Positions 21,730 to 32,791 of a stretch of DNA of 64,000 bases are shown one piece after another. Made by a program: the position numbers and the translations under genes. Location: NCBI GenBank assembly GCA_041615815.1, contig JBFJCP010000019.1, positions 28,751 to 92,750 of the forward strand, given 5' to 3'. How positions within the stretch are numbered: position 1 is the first letter of the stretch; every line of letters begins with the position of its first letter. Below the pieces are notes generated by a model. That model did not search any database. It was not told the DNA's origin and was given only the letters and a program-made list of their open reading frames with translations. This DNA comes from Gemmatimonadales bacterium. Its GTDB lineage: Bacteria > Gemmatimonadota > Gemmatimonadetes > Gemmatimonadales > GWC2-71-9.

Positions 21730-22987
21730 GGGCGATCTCGCGCCACCCGATATCGCGACGGAAGACTTTTCCCTCGAAATCGATGGCTGCTGCCAGCGCT
21801 TGGCTACGACGGGCAGCCTCGGGAACGTCCTCAGCCATTCCGGTGGCACAGAGGACCCGGCCGCCGGCGGTCCGCAGCATGCCGTCGGCATCCACCACCG
21901 TGCCGGCATGAAAGACGAGGCCGTGCTCCGTAGGCGCAGGAAGCTCGATCGTGGCCCCCGTTCGAGGTGCGCGGGGGTATCCGGGCGATGCCAGGACGGT
22001 CGTGACCGCAGCTCCCACCCCAGGGGAGACCACGGCGGTGGGGCTCCAGCGCTCCCCGGACGCGATGCTCCACATATGCTCCCCGAGGGGCTCGCGGAGC
22101 ACTGGGAGCACCACCTGGGCCTCGGGATCACCGAAGCGGCAGTTGAATTCTAGAACGCTGGGTGGGCCACGATCTCCGAGCATCAAGCCGGCGTATAGAA
22201 CGCCTTTGTATGGTGCTCCTGTGGCAGCCAGCCTTTCGAGCACCGGCTTGAAGACCGTGGTCGCAATGCTCCCCAGGAGTGTTTCGCTTGCAACGGAAAC
22301 CGGAGTGTAGGCGCCCATCCCTCCTGTGTTCGGGCCCTGGTCTCCCTCGCCGAGTCGCTTGTGATCCTGGGACGCCGGCAGAAGCATGACTTGTTCGCCG
22401 TCGGTGATCCCTAGGACGGATAGTTCTTCGCCCTCCAGACACTCTTCGACGACCACCTCAGCGCCCGCCCGTCCGAAGCGGCCTCGGAACATGGCCCGCG
22501 CGGCGTCGGCGGCGTCACCGCGTGTATCGCAGACGATGACCCCCTTGCCGGCGGCCAATCCGGACGCCTTGACGACGAGCGACTCGTCGTGGCTGGCAAT
22601 AAACGACAGGGCCTCGGCTTCATCCCGGAAGGATCGGCCGGCGGGGGTGGGAACGCCCGCTGCCACCATGACGTCTTTGGCGTAGGCCTTAGACGCCTCG
22701 ATCCGGGCCGCTGCGGCGCTGGGTCCGAAGGCGCGAAGTCCGGCGTGTTCGATCTCGTCAACCAGGCCCGCCGCCAGTGGCGCCTCGGGCCCGATGACGG
22801 TGAGGTCGATGCGGTGCGCGCGGATGGCCGAGACTACCTGGCGGTGCTCGGTGGGATCCAGCGGGAGGTTCGTGCCGACGGCTGCCGTACCCGGGTTGCC
22901 GGGAGCGCAGAACACAGTCGCGGACCGTGCCAGCGCCCAGCAGAGGGCGTGTTCCCGCCCCCCGCTTCCGACAACCAGGATGTTCAC
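21713..22987 (-). CDS. purD: Phosphoribosylamine-glycine ligase
   Basis: GSGGREHAL, GPEAPL, QDHKR, GPNTGGMGAY, EFNCRFGDPE. Confidence 0.97.
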   Translation of the reverse strand: MNILVVGSGGREHALCWALARSATVFCAPGNPGTAAVGTNLPLDPTEHRQVVSAIRAHRIDLTVIGPEAPLAAGLVDEIEHAGLRAFGPSAAAARIEASKAYAKDVMVAAGVPTPAGRSFRDEAEALSFIASHDESLVVKASGLAAGKGVIVCDTRGDAADAARAMFRGRFGRAGAEVVVEECLEGEELSVLGITDGEQVMLLPASQDHKRLGEGDQGPNTGGMGAYTPVSVASETLLGSIATTVFKPVLERLAATGAPYKGVLYAGLMLGDRGPPSVLEFNCRFGDPEAQVVLPVLREPLGEHMWSIASGERWSPTAVVSPGVGAAVTTVLASPGYPRAPRTGATIELPAPTEHGLVFHAGTVVDADGMLRTAGGRVLCATGMAEDVPEAARRSQALAAAIDFEGKVFRRDIGWREIARAGAS

Positions 22988-23997
22988 TTCTTGCCGGCGT
23001 CCTTGAAGGCTTGAGTGAAGGCGCTAGCCGCGCGCTTGGCGGCATCGCCGACCTGGTCCGCCACCTGCGACATCGTGGTCCGCGCCTCGCGCGCATAGTG
23101 TCCAGCTGCTTCGCCAATGTCATCCATCAACGGCCGCTCCTGCTCTTCGGCACCCCGACGCGTGTACTCACCCTGGAGGATGCGTGCGTAGTCGCCACCG
23201 GAAATCCACCGCTGGAGCTCACCGGCTCGGAGAGTGTGGAAGGGATGCGTGACAGCGAGGATATTCAGCACCTTATAGATCGTATCCAGCGGCCCGGCGG
23301 AGGACTCATACTCGCGCGCTTGTTCCATGAAGGCCTCGAGGTTGGTCTCACTTGGATCACCGCCGCCGGCGAGCTTGAGGAACACACGCATGGACGCCGC
23401 CTCGTCCTGGCCGGTCAAGAGGCCGGCGCGATCGGCGGACAGCTCGCTTTTCCGATACCACTCGAGCAGTGCCAGCTTGATGGGCAGTAGGGCGATCCCG
23501 GCGAGGAACGGCAGATTGCGAAACCCGAGGGTGAGAATCAGAATCGCCACGGTGCGATACAGCGCATGGCCGCTCATCACGTGTCCCAGCTCATGCCCGA
23601 GGAGCACCCGCATCTCGTCGTCGTCCAGCAGCTTCACAGCCCCGGAGTTGAGGACGATGAACGGTTGATCGACCCCCACCGCTCCAGCGTTGACGAATGG
23701 GGTTTGCGATACGAAGAGCTCGGGACGTTCGGACCAGTCCATGGTGGTCGTCACTTCCGTCATGAGCGTGTGCAGCTTGGGGAACTGCGACGGACCCACG
23801 CGCACGGCGTTGGCTTGAAACAGCAGACGAATCCCGCGCTCGCCGAAGAAACTCACGATTTTTCGGACGGCCTCGTTGAACCCGGGTACGGCGCGCAGGG
23901 CCTGCAAGGCCGCACGGTCTGCCGGGTGCTCCCACGAAACGGCTGATATTTCGTGCAGAACCGTTCGGGGACGGGTGGATGGCATTTGGTCGGTCAT
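22984..23997 (-). CDS. M48-family Zn metallopeptidase
   Basis: HPADRAAL, LGHELGH, ELSADRAGL, THP. Confidence 0.88.
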   Translation of the reverse strand: MTDQMPSTRPRTVLHEISAVSWEHPADRAALQALRAVPGFNEAVRKIVSFFGERGIRLLFQANAVRVGPSQFPKLHTLMTEVTTTMDWSERPELFVSQTPFVNAGAVGVDQPFIVLNSGAVKLLDDDEMRVLLGHELGHVMSGHALYRTVAILILTLGFRNLPFLAGIALLPIKLALLEWYRKSELSADRAGLLTGQDEAASMRVFLKLAGGGDPSETNLEAFMEQAREYESSAGPLDTIYKVLNILAVTHPFHTLRAGELQRWISGGDYARILQGEYTRRGAEEQERPLMDDIGEAAGHYAREARTTMSQVADQVGDAAKRAASAFTQAFKDAGKK

Positions 23998-24058
23998 AAA
24001 CTCCTCCGCGAGCTGACTGCTTTATCGTACGCAGGCAGCTCAAGCTGGTTTCAGCGCA

Positions 24059-25237
24059 CTACACGTTGGTGGCCGCCTTGAGCGCCCGGTCCAAATCCGC
24101 CAGGAGGTCGTCCGGATCCTCGATCCCGACCGAGAGACGGACGAGGCCCGGGCTGAGTCCAGTGCTCTCACGCAGGGCTTGGGGAACGCTGGCGTGGGTC
24201 ATCGTGATCGGGTGCCCGATCAGGCTCTCGACGCCCCCGAGCGATTCGGCGAGGGCAAAGATCCGCGTGCCCTCGACCATGGCCTTGGCCCGGTCGAGAG
24301 ATCCTACGTCGAGAGAGATCATCCCGCCAAACCCGAGCATCTGCCGGCAGGCCAGCTCGTGTTGCGGGTGGCTCGTGAGCCCGGGGTAGAACACCCGTCG
24401 CACGGCACGATGCTGCTCCAGCCAGTGCGCAATCCGGCGTCCGGACTGGTCGTGTCGTTCCATCCGAACAGCCAGGGTCTTGGTTCCGCGGACCGTCAGC
24501 CAGCAATCGAGGGGTCCCGGTACCGCTCCCGCGGCATTTTGCAGGAACGCGAGGCGCTCGGCGAGGTCGTCCCGGGTGGTGACGATGATTCCACCCACCA
24601 CGTCGCTGTGCCCGTTGAGGTACTTGGTGGTCGAGTGCATGACTATGTCCGCACCGAACTCGATGGGACGTTGGAAGACGGGCGTCGCGAACGTGTTGTC
24701 GACCACGAGCACCGCATCGCGACTCCGCGAGACCTGGGCCACGTGCGCGAGATCGGTGAGGTGCATCATGGGATTGGTGGGCGTCTCGACGTAGACGATC
24801 TTGGTCCGGGGCGTGAAGGCCGCCTCCACGAGTCCGATGTCGCGCGTGTCGACGAACGAGAACTCGAGCCCGACCCGCTGGAAGACCTGGGTCATCAGAC
24901 GATGCGTACCGCCGTAGACATTCTCGCCGCAGATGACGTGGTCGCCAGCGTCGAGCAACTTGAGAATGGCATCGATGGCCGCCATGCCGGAACTGAAGGC
25001 GAGCCCATGGGTGCCACGTTCGAGGGTGGCAATGTTGCGCTCCAGGACGTCCCGGGTGGGGTTGCGGGTCCGAGCATACTCGAACCCCTTGTGGTCCCCC
25101 AGGCCGTCCTGCACGTAGGTGGACGTCTGGTAGATGGGGGGCATGATCGCCCCGGTGGCCTCATCGGGCCGTTGGCCGGCGTGGATGGCCTGCGTGGCCA
25201 GTTTTTGGGACAGATCTTCGTCAAAGACGCGGGCCAT
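24059..25237 (-). CDS. metB: Cystathionine gamma-synthase/lyase (PLP)
   Basis: PIYQTSTY, YARTRNPT, ETPTNP, DNTF, HSTTKYLNGHSD, RLSVGIE; metB versus metC/mccB not resolvable. Confidence 0.8.
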   Translation of the reverse strand: MARVFDEDLSQKLATQAIHAGQRPDEATGAIMPPIYQTSTYVQDGLGDHKGFEYARTRNPTRDVLERNIATLERGTHGLAFSSGMAAIDAILKLLDAGDHVICGENVYGGTHRLMTQVFQRVGLEFSFVDTRDIGLVEAAFTPRTKIVYVETPTNPMMHLTDLAHVAQVSRSRDAVLVVDNTFATPVFQRPIEFGADIVMHSTTKYLNGHSDVVGGIIVTTRDDLAERLAFLQNAAGAVPGPLDCWLTVRGTKTLAVRMERHDQSGRRIAHWLEQHRAVRRVFYPGLTSHPQHELACRQMLGFGGMISLDVGSLDRAKAMVEGTRIFALAESLGGVESLIGHPITMTHASVPQALRESTGLSPGLVRLSVGIEDPDDLLADLDRALKAATNV

Positions 25238-25340
25238 CGGGGTCTCACGGGGTGCAAGCATCGCAACCTACACGTTTCCAAACGCTCCGGGCAAGCGAAC
25301 GGTTCGCCTCGCCTTGGGAGCCTGATTACCTTCGCTACCT

Positions 25341-26720
25341 ATGACGAACACGCTGATGACGAGCGTTTCCGGAGTGCGAGGGATCGTGGGGACCGATCTC
25401 ACGCCAGCCGTGGTCGTTCGCTACGCCGTGGCTTTTGGGCGGATCGTGGCGAAGACGGGGAAGACAGCCGTGGTGTTGGCTCGGGATGCCCGAACGTCCG
25501 GACCGATGTTTGCGGCGGCGGCCCGCGCGGCACTGCAGTCTATCGGTCTGGATGTAGTGGATTGTGGCCTCATTCCGACCCCGACGGCGCAGCTCGCCGT
25601 GGAGCATCACGAGGCGGCGGGCGGCATCATCATCACCGCCAGTCACAATCCGGTCGAATGGAACGCTCTCAAATTCGTGGGTCCCGACGGTCTCTTCTTG
25701 GGTCCGGACGAGGCCCAGCGCCTTCTGCAAATCGCGGCTGAGGATCAGGGCCCCGGGAGCCCCTGGAGCGCAATCGGTGGGCAGCGGACCGATCACGAGG
25801 CCGTTGGACGACACCTCGCGGCGGTACTGGCGCTTCCGACCATCGACCTGGCTGCGATACGAGCGCGGTCGTTTACCGTGGCTTTGGACTGTGTTCGCGG
25901 AGCGGGTGGAACGATCATGCCGGCCTTGTTGGACGCGCTCGGTTGCGTCGTGGTGGGGATGGATCTAGAGCCGGATGGCCGCTTCCCCCGGGCTCCGGAG
26001 CCGCTCCCAGGGAATCTCGGCGGCCTCGGGCAGCTGGTGCAGCAGAGTGACGCGGATCTGGGGATTGCCGTCGACCCGGACGTGGATCGGTTGGCGGTCG
26101 TGGACGAGCAGGGGCGTCCCATTGGTGAGGATTACACGTTGGCGTTTGCCGTCCGAGCCGTGCTCACGGGGGATCCTGGTCCCGTCGTCGTGAATCTGTC
26201 GACGTCGTTGGTCGTGGATGACGCCGCGCGGCCGTTTGGTATCGACGTTCACCGGGCACCGGTGGGCGAGGCGAACGTGGCCCGGCGCATGCGTGAGGTC
26301 GGGGCGGCGATCGGCGGTGAGGGGAATGGAGGTGTGATTCTGCCCGCGCTGCATCTCGGGCGCGACGCCCCGGTGGCCGCCGCCCTGGTGCTCCACCTCT
26401 TGGCGACGACCGATACTTCGGTCAGTGCACTCGTGGGGTCACAGCCGCACTACACGATCGTGAAAGACAAGCTACCGCGGCGTGGGGACCTGGATCGCAC
26501 CTACCGGGTGTTGACGGAGCGATTCGCAGACGGGGTGGCGGATCACCAGGATGGGCTGCGGCTGGCCTGGTCGGACCGTTGGTTGCACGTGCGGCCGTCG
26601 GGGACCGAGCCCATCATCCGTATCATCGCCGAGGGTCCGTCTGCCGAGGTCGCGAACGCCCTCATCGCCAGCTGTCGGGAACATTTGGAAGGAGAACGAG
26701 CCGAGTCATGTGTGGAATAA
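25341..26720 (+). CDS. glmM: Phosphoglucosamine mutase / phosphohexomutase
   Basis: TASHNP, DPDVDR, GGEGNGG, VRPSGTEP; adjacent to glmS. Confidence 0.85.
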   Translation: MTNTLMTSVSGVRGIVGTDLTPAVVVRYAVAFGRIVAKTGKTAVVLARDARTSGPMFAAAARAALQSIGLDVVDCGLIPTPTAQLAVEHHEAAGGIIITASHNPVEWNALKFVGPDGLFLGPDEAQRLLQIAAEDQGPGSPWSAIGGQRTDHEAVGRHLAAVLALPTIDLAAIRARSFTVALDCVRGAGGTIMPALLDALGCVVVGMDLEPDGRFPRAPEPLPGNLGGLGQLVQQSDADLGIAVDPDVDRLAVVDEQGRPIGEDYTLAFAVRAVLTGDPGPVVVNLSTSLVVDDAARPFGIDVHRAPVGEANVARRMREVGAAIGGEGNGGVILPALHLGRDAPVAAALVLHLLATTDTSVSALVGSQPHYTIVKDKLPRRGDLDRTYRVLTERFADGVADHQDGLRLAWSDRWLHVRPSGTEPIIRIIAEGPSAEVANALIASCREHLEGERAESCVE

Positions 26721-28534
26721 TCGCGTACGTCGGACATCGCGAAGCGACGCCGGTGCTCATGGAAGGTTTGCGGCGTCTCGAGTACCGGGGTTACGACTCG
26801 GCTGGGCTTGCCGTGCTGGAGGATGGCCGGCTGCGCGTCGAGAAGGCAGCCGGACGCATCAGTGACCTCCAGGGCCACTTGGGAGACCAGCTGCCCCGAG
26901 GGCACGTGGGCATCGCCCATACGCGGTGGGCCACGCACGGGGTGCCGAACGACGTCAATGCGCACCCGCACGTGGATTGCGGAGGGACGATTGCACTGGT
27001 GCACAACGGGATCATCGAAAACGCCGGTGCCCTCAGAGAACTGCTGATCCAACGAGGCCATCAACTCCGCTCCGAGACCGATACCGAAGTCCTGGCACAT
27101 CTCATCGAGACCGTGTACGAAGACTCCCTCGAGGCAGCCGTGGCCGCCGCGCTCAGGGAAGTCGAAGGCGCCTACGGGGTCGCCGTGATCTCGTCGCGGG
27201 AACCGGGGATCTTGGTCGCCGCCCGCTACGGTTCACCGTTGCTGGTGGGATTGGGCGACCGAGAGTACTTCGTGGCGTCCGACGCGTCGGCCCTGCTGGA
27301 GCACACCCGCTCCGTGGTGTATCTGGACGACGGCGAGATCGCCGTGCTGCGCCACGACGGCTACCACGTCGCGGATCTGAAAACCACGCGACTCGAAAAG
27401 CGTGTGAGCACGTTGGATTGGGATCTCGCCACTATCGAACGTGGTGGGTATCCCCACTTCATGTTGAAAGAGATCATGGAGCAGCCGGACGCCATCCGGA
27501 ATACGCTCCGCGGTCGACTGCTGGAGGATGAGGGCTCGGCGCGGCTCGGCGGCATCAACCTCACGGACCGGGAGTTGCTCGCGTTCGATCGTGTGGTCCT
27601 CACCGCGTGTGGCACATCGTGGCATGCCGCCCTGATCGGCGAATACATGATGGAAGAGCTGGCGCGGATCCCGGTGGAGGTCGAGTACGCGTCCGAGTTC
27701 CGGTATCGGAATCCCATCGTCGACGAGCGCACGTTGGTTGTAGGCATATCTCAAAGTGGCGAAACGGCGGATACGCTCGCGGCGGTGCGTGAAGCGAAGC
27801 AGCGTGGAGCTCGGACCCTGGGCATCGTCAATGCTGTTGGGAGCACGCTGGCACGTGAGGTCGACGGTGGGATTTACATCCATGCGGGTCCGGAGGTGGG
27901 CGTTGCCAGCACCAAGGCGTTCACCTGTCAGGTCGTCGCATTGGCGCTCCTCACGCTGCGGCTCGGAAGACTCCGTGCGCTCTCCGTGCTCCAAGGTCGA
28001 GAAATCGTGCGAGCGCTCCGACAGCTCCCGGACCAGGTAGGTGCTGTGCTGGCGAATGCCCGCAAGGCGGAAGATATCGCGCAGTCATTCATGCGTGCCC
28101 AGAATGCCCTGTACTTGGGGCGTGGGTACAATTTTCCGGTCGCGTTAGAAGGCGCGTTGAAACTCAAGGAGATCTCGTACATTCACGCCGAGGGGTATCC
28201 CGCCGCGGAGATGAAGCACGGGCCCATAGCCCTGATCGATGAGCTCATGCCCGTGGTCTTCATTGCACCGCGGGACAACGTGCACCAGAAGATCGTGTCC
28301 AACCTCGAGGAAGTGAAAGCCCGCCGTGGCCGTGTCCTCGCGATCGCGACGCATGGGGACGAGCGAATTGCGGAGCTGGCCGATCACCTCTTCACGATTC
28401 CCGAGACCCTCGACCATCTGACCCCCGTGTTGTCAGTCATCCCGCTCCAACTGTTCGCGTATTACATCGCCGTGCGCCGTGGGTGCGATGTGGATCGCCC
28501 GCGAAATCTGGCCAAGTCGGTGACCGTGGAGTGA
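26708..28534 (+). CDS. glmS: Glutamine-fructose-6-phosphate transaminase
   Basis: MCGI, LEYRGYDSAG, HTRWATHG, SQSGETADT, PRNLAKSVTVE. Confidence 0.98.
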   Translation: MCGIIAYVGHREATPVLMEGLRRLEYRGYDSAGLAVLEDGRLRVEKAAGRISDLQGHLGDQLPRGHVGIAHTRWATHGVPNDVNAHPHVDCGGTIALVHNGIIENAGALRELLIQRGHQLRSETDTEVLAHLIETVYEDSLEAAVAAALREVEGAYGVAVISSREPGILVAARYGSPLLVGLGDREYFVASDASALLEHTRSVVYLDDGEIAVLRHDGYHVADLKTTRLEKRVSTLDWDLATIERGGYPHFMLKEIMEQPDAIRNTLRGRLLEDEGSARLGGINLTDRELLAFDRVVLTACGTSWHAALIGEYMMEELARIPVEVEYASEFRYRNPIVDERTLVVGISQSGETADTLAAVREAKQRGARTLGIVNAVGSTLAREVDGGIYIHAGPEVGVASTKAFTCQVVALALLTLRLGRLRALSVLQGREIVRALRQLPDQVGAVLANARKAEDIAQSFMRAQNALYLGRGYNFPVALEGALKLKEISYIHAEGYPAAEMKHGPIALIDELMPVVFIAPRDNVHQKIVSNLEEVKARRGRVLAIATHGDERIAELADHLFTIPETLDHLTPVLSVIPLQLFAYYIAVRRGCDVDRPRNLAKSVTVE

Positions 28535-28642
28535 GCGAGGACGGAACGTTGGACGGGCGGAGACTAGGAACGAACCGGTGCACCGTGCACCCCCATGCCG
28601 TCCTTCCGTGGTTCCATCAGAGTGAGTGGGGGCCATAGCAGC

Positions 28643-29080
28643 ATGCGCGTGGTCCTCCAGCGGGTATCCCGAGCGTGCGTCACGGTGAACGGAGCGGTCA
28701 CGGGCGAGATTGGTACAGGGTTCGTGGTGCTCGTTGGTTTCACGCACAGTGATCAGGACGAGCAGCTGCAGTGGATGGCGGACAAGATTGCCGGACTGCG
28801 GGTCTTTGCCGATGAAAACGGCAAGATGAACCGCGACCTGCGCGCCAGCACCGGCCGTGTTCTCGTCGTTTCCCAATTCACCCTGTACGGCGATGTGCGG
28901 AAGGGCCGGCGGCCATCATTCGTTGCGGCGGCACCGCCGGAGCAGGCCGAGCGGCTCTACGGCCTGTTTCTCGAAGCACTCCGCGAGCGGGGGCTTCCGG
29001 TAGCGTCTGGCGTTTTCGGGGCCATGATGGATGTGGAGCTCGTCAACGATGGTCCCGTCACCCTGATCATCGATCGGTGA
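28643..29080 (+). CDS. dtd: D-aminoacyl-tRNA deacylase
   Basis: [19 protein letters not shown]. Confidence 0.95.
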   Translation: MRVVLQRVSRACVTVNGAVTGEIGTGFVVLVGFTHSDQDEQLQWMADKIAGLRVFADENGKMNRDLRASTGRVLVVSQFTLYGDVRKGRRPSFVAAAPPEQAERLYGLFLEALRERGLPVASGVFGAMMDVELVNDGPVTLIIDR

Positions 29081-29649
29081 TCGTTCTCGCCTCGGGTTCG
29101 CCCCGTCGACGACGCCTCCTCGAGATGCTGGGGATCCCCCACGTCGTGGATCCACCCAACGTCGATGAGCGGGCCGAGCCTGCCGAGCTGCCCGAGATGC
29201 AGGCTGCGCGGCTGGCGCGTGAGAAGGCGGAGGTGGTCGCCGACCGCCGTCCAGGCGACCTCGTGCTGGCGGCGGACACGATAGTGGTGCTGAACGACCA
29301 AGTCTTGGGAAAACCCACGTCCCCCGGCGATGCGCAGCGGATGCTCGCCATGCTGGCCGGGCGAGAGCATCGAGTCGTCACGGCCGTGGCCGTGGCTGAG
29401 GACGGACGGGTGTGGGAACGGTGCGATATCACGCGCGTGTGGTTTCGGCCGCTCAGCGCCGAGACCATCGCGGCCTATGTGGCGACCGGGGAGCCGTTGG
29501 ACAAGGCGGGTGCCTACGGGGTCCAAGGGTATGGCGCGGTGTTGGTGGAGCGGATCGACGGGGACTTTTTCGGGGTGATGGGCCTACCGCTGCGTCTGGT
29601 GTTCGATCTGTTGGCGGAGGCAGGCCGGCCTTACCGCTTCACACGGTAA
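29077..29649 (+). CDS. maf: Maf nucleoside triphosphate pyrophosphatase
   Basis: [25 protein letters not shown]. Confidence 0.93.
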   Translation: MIVLASGSPRRRRLLEMLGIPHVVDPPNVDERAEPAELPEMQAARLAREKAEVVADRRPGDLVLAADTIVVLNDQVLGKPTSPGDAQRMLAMLAGREHRVVTAVAVAEDGRVWERCDITRVWFRPLSAETIAAYVATGEPLDKAGAYGVQGYGAVLVERIDGDFFGVMGLPLRLVFDLLAEAGRPYRFTR

Positions 29650-31247
29650 ACCGCAACGGCCTGCGCCTTTCCTTTCAATTGCAGAGGTTCGAGGGTCTCG
29701 ACGTCCGGTGGTGTCTTGAGGGCGGCATACAGGGGTTCGGTAATCAGGATCTCGCCCCGCCCTGCCTTGGTGCAAAGGCGCGCCGCGGTGTTCACGGCGT
29801 CGCCAATGACCGTGTATTCGAGTCGTCGATCGCTGCCAATGTTGCCAGCGAAGACTTCACCGAAGTTGATCCCGATGCCGATCTCGACGCGCCGCTTCCC
29901 CTCCGCGGTCCACTTGGCGTTGAGCTCGTCGAGCACCCGCTGCATTTCCATGGCCGCCCGGATGGCCCGATCGGCATCGTCGTCCCGGCTGAGCGGTGCC
30001 CCCCAGAGGGCCATGATCGCATCACCCATGAACTTGTCCAGCGTCCCACCGTGTTCGAAAACGATCTCCACCATTTCCGTGAAGTACTCCGTGAGCAGCG
30101 TGGCGATCTCGTCCGGACTCATGGCCTCGGACATGGGTGTGAAATCCCGAATGTCGCTGAAAAAGACCACGACCGGTCGCTTCGTCCCCCCCAACTGAAT
30201 GGCGTCCTTCTGGCCGGCAATCTGGCTGGCGAGGTCTGGTGCGAAATAACGCTGGAAGTTCGACAGCATCACCGCCTCGCGGCGGACTCGCTCGGTGAGC
30301 TGGCTATTCTCGATACCAACCGCGGCGATCCCCGAAAACGCGATCAGAAACTCGAGGTCTTCGTCGCCGAAGGAGTTGGTGGCGGTCAAGTTGTCAACGT
30401 AGATGATGCCGAGAACCTTCCCATCGCTCCCCATGAGCGGAGTACACATGGCGCTCCGCACGCTCTGCAGCACGATGGACTTGCCCTTGAACCGCTGATC
30501 GGCGGCCGCGTTGTCGGTGAGGATGGCCAGCCGCTCGTTCACCGCTCGACGCGCAATCGACTGTGGGACGTGGCGACTACCGCCGGCATCGCCAAGTCGG
30601 TTCTTGGATACACGCGGCACCAACTCCTGCGCCTCGCCTTCCAGCATCAGGATGGATACGCGATCCACGTTCATGACCTGAAAGGTGATGTCGACCACCT
30701 TCTCGAGGAGCTTGTTCACGTCCTGCTGCTTGGACAGCTCCTTCGAGATATCGAGGAGCAGGGAGAGCTTGCGTGCCTGCCGCTCGTCGACAGACTCACC
30801 TTCGACACGGAGCTGTGAGCCGCTGGGAGGAGGTGCAACGGACTGGTCCAGCTGGTCCAGTTCTCCCCCGGCGGACACTGCTACCTGACGGACGATCGTG
30901 GCGTCGGGCGGAGGTTTCGGGGTGAACCCCGCGTCGTCCTGACGTGTGGGGCGGGGAGCGGTGACTTCCACCACTTTGAAGGCCACTTTCCCGAAAGTCA
31001 CAATATCGCCGTCCGCCACCGTCGTTTCGCTGACGCGCGAACCGTTCACGAACGTTCCGTTGCTCGAGCCGAGATCCCGGACCCGAACCCCCCCGTTCGT
31101 GAGGGTGACCTCGGCATGGCGGCGCGACACCGTGGGGTCGTAGATGGGCACGTCGCTCGTGACCGCCCTCCCCACCGTGAGTGAGCGGGCCTGGGTAAGG
31201 TCGATGGTCTGTTCGCCGCTGGTGCTGAGCAACTTGAATGCGGGCAA
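29631..31247 (-). CDS. FHA-GAF-class III adenylate cyclase
   Basis: FHA (VGR, VSRRHA, DLGSSNGTFVNG); GAF (RSAMCTPL, YVDN); cyclase (FSDIRDFT, DKFMGD, YTVIGDAVNTAARL); TTG start after GGGAG. Confidence 0.9.
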   Translation of the reverse strand: MPAFKLLSTSGEQTIDLTQARSLTVGRAVTSDVPIYDPTVSRRHAEVTLTNGGVRVRDLGSSNGTFVNGSRVSETTVADGDIVTFGKVAFKVVEVTAPRPTRQDDAGFTPKPPPDATIVRQVAVSAGGELDQLDQSVAPPPSGSQLRVEGESVDERQARKLSLLLDISKELSKQQDVNKLLEKVVDITFQVMNVDRVSILMLEGEAQELVPRVSKNRLGDAGGSRHVPQSIARRAVNERLAILTDNAAADQRFKGKSIVLQSVRSAMCTPLMGSDGKVLGIIYVDNLTATNSFGDEDLEFLIAFSGIAAVGIENSQLTERVRREAVMLSNFQRYFAPDLASQIAGQKDAIQLGGTKRPVVVFFSDIRDFTPMSEAMSPDEIATLLTEYFTEMVEIVFEHGGTLDKFMGDAIMALWGAPLSRDDDADRAIRAAMEMQRVLDELNAKWTAEGKRRVEIGIGINFGEVFAGNIGSDRRLEYTVIGDAVNTAARLCTKAGRGEILITEPLYAALKTPPDVETLEPLQLKGKAQAVAVYRVKR

Positions 31248-31297
31248 GATCCCACTCCCTCGAAACCCAAGAATATACGCCTGCCGAAAGACGTCCG

Positions 31298-32791
31298 CTA
31301 AACAGGCTCGGCCAACGCGAGCGCCCGGAGCACCGCGCCCGCCTTGTTCTCCGTCTCCTCGAGTTCCCGAGCGGGATCGCTGTCGGCGACGATCCCCGCC
31401 CCGGCCTGGACGTGTGCCTGTCCTTTCCGGAGAATCGCCGTTCGGATCGCGATCGCCGTGTCCATCGTCGCGCCTCCCCACCCGATATACCCGACCGCCC
31501 CCGCGTAGGGGCCGCGTCGCGTGGGCTCGAGCCCATCGAGAATCTCCATGGCCCGCACCTTGGGAGCACCGGAGACGGTTCCGGCTGGAAAGCATGCCCT
31601 GAGCGCGTCCACGGCGTCGAGACCCGACCGCAGGCGGCCGCGCACCTCGCTGACGATGTGCTGGACGTGAGAGTAACGCTCCACGATCTCCCGTTCGGTC
31701 ACGCGCACGGAGCCGAAGTGCGCCACGCGCCCCACATCGTTCCGGCCGAGGTCCACGAGCATGGCATGTTCGGCACGTTCTTTCTCGTCGGCCAGCAATT
31801 CCGCCGCGAGCCGCGCGTCGTCCTCGGCATTGGCACCGCGGGGGCGCGTGCCGGCGATAGGTCTGACCGTTGCCTCGCCGTCCTCCACCCGGACGAGCAC
31901 CTCCGGTGAGCTGCCCTCGAGCGTCAGCCCGTCAAGCTGGAGGAAGTACAGGTATGGGGCTGGATTCAGCGCGCGTAGGGAACGGTAGACGTCCAGCGGG
32001 TCGGCGCGACACTCCAGGTCTTGGCGTCTGGACAGCACCACCTGGTACGCGTCGCCAGCCCGGATGTATTCCTTTATCCGCACCACGTCACGCTCGAACG
32101 CCGCGGCCGGATACGGGGTGAGCGGGCGGATTGAGGCGCCCCCGCTCAGGCGAAGCGGTCGCAAGGCAGGCGGCGCCATGAGTCGCTCGAATAGCCGATC
32201 GATGCGGGTGATCGCTGAGTCGTACAGCTTGCGGAGGTCGGTGGGAGTGGCCGCCGGGGGGACTCTGGTGTTCGCCACCAGGAGCGCGCGCGCGAAGGCA
32301 TTGTCGATCACGATCAGTGTGTCGGCGAACATAAACAGCGCGTCGGGCAACCCGAGGTCGTCCTGGGGTCCACCCGGAAGCCGCTCCATCGCCCGCACCG
32401 CGTCGAACCCCAGATACCCCACAGCCCCCCCGGCGAAGCGCGGGAGCTCGGGGAGCGCAACGGGGTGTGCCTCCCGAACCCGCGCCGCGATGTGGGCCAG
32501 CGGATCGACCACCTCCCCCGCATCTTCCCACCCCTGCTCCGGCGTCCAGCGTGCGGCGTGGCCCGCTCGATAGCGCCACGCTTCGCCGGGGTCGGTGCCC
32601 AAGAACGTAAACCGTGCCCAGCGCTCCCCACCAACGAGCGACTCGAGCAGAAAGCCAAAAGGCGGGCGGGCCACGGCTGCGTACGCCGTGACGGGTGTGA
32701 GGGTGTCCGCGGCAAACTCACGGACGACCGGAACGATGTCGCCCTGCGTGGAAAGCGCCCGAAACGTCTCGAACGTCGTGTGAAGCGTCAC
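31298..32791 (-). CDS. trpE: Anthranilate synthase component I
   Basis: FLLESL, NPAPY, SSPE, PIAGTR, EHAMLVDLGRND, GTVSGAPKVRAM. Confidence 0.92.
   Translation of the reverse strand: MTLHTTFETFRALSTQGDIVPVVREFAADTLTPVTAYAAVARPPFGFLLESLVGGERWARFTFLGTDPGEAWRYRAGHAARWTPEQGWEDAGEVVDPLAHIAARVREAHPVALPELPRFAGGAVGYLGFDAVRAMERLPGGPQDDLGLPDALFMFADTLIVIDNAFARALLVANTRVPPAATPTDLRKLYDSAITRIDRLFERLMAPPALRPLRLSGGASIRPLTPYPAAAFERDVVRIKEYIRAGDAYQVVLSRRQDLECRADPLDVYRSLRALNPAPYLYFLQLDGLTLEGSSPEVLVRVEDGEATVRPIAGTRPRGANAEDDARLAAELLADEKERAEHAMLVDLGRNDVGRVAHFGSVRVTEREIVERYSHVQHIVSEVRGRLRSGLDAVDALRACFPAGTVSGAPKVRAMEILDGLEPTRRGPYAGAVGYIGWGGATMDTAIAIRTAILRKGQAHVQAGAGIVADSDPARELEETENKAGAVLRALALAEPV

Noticed and set aside
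26600..26710. glmS ribozyme
   Set aside because: glmS overlaps glmM; there is no leader
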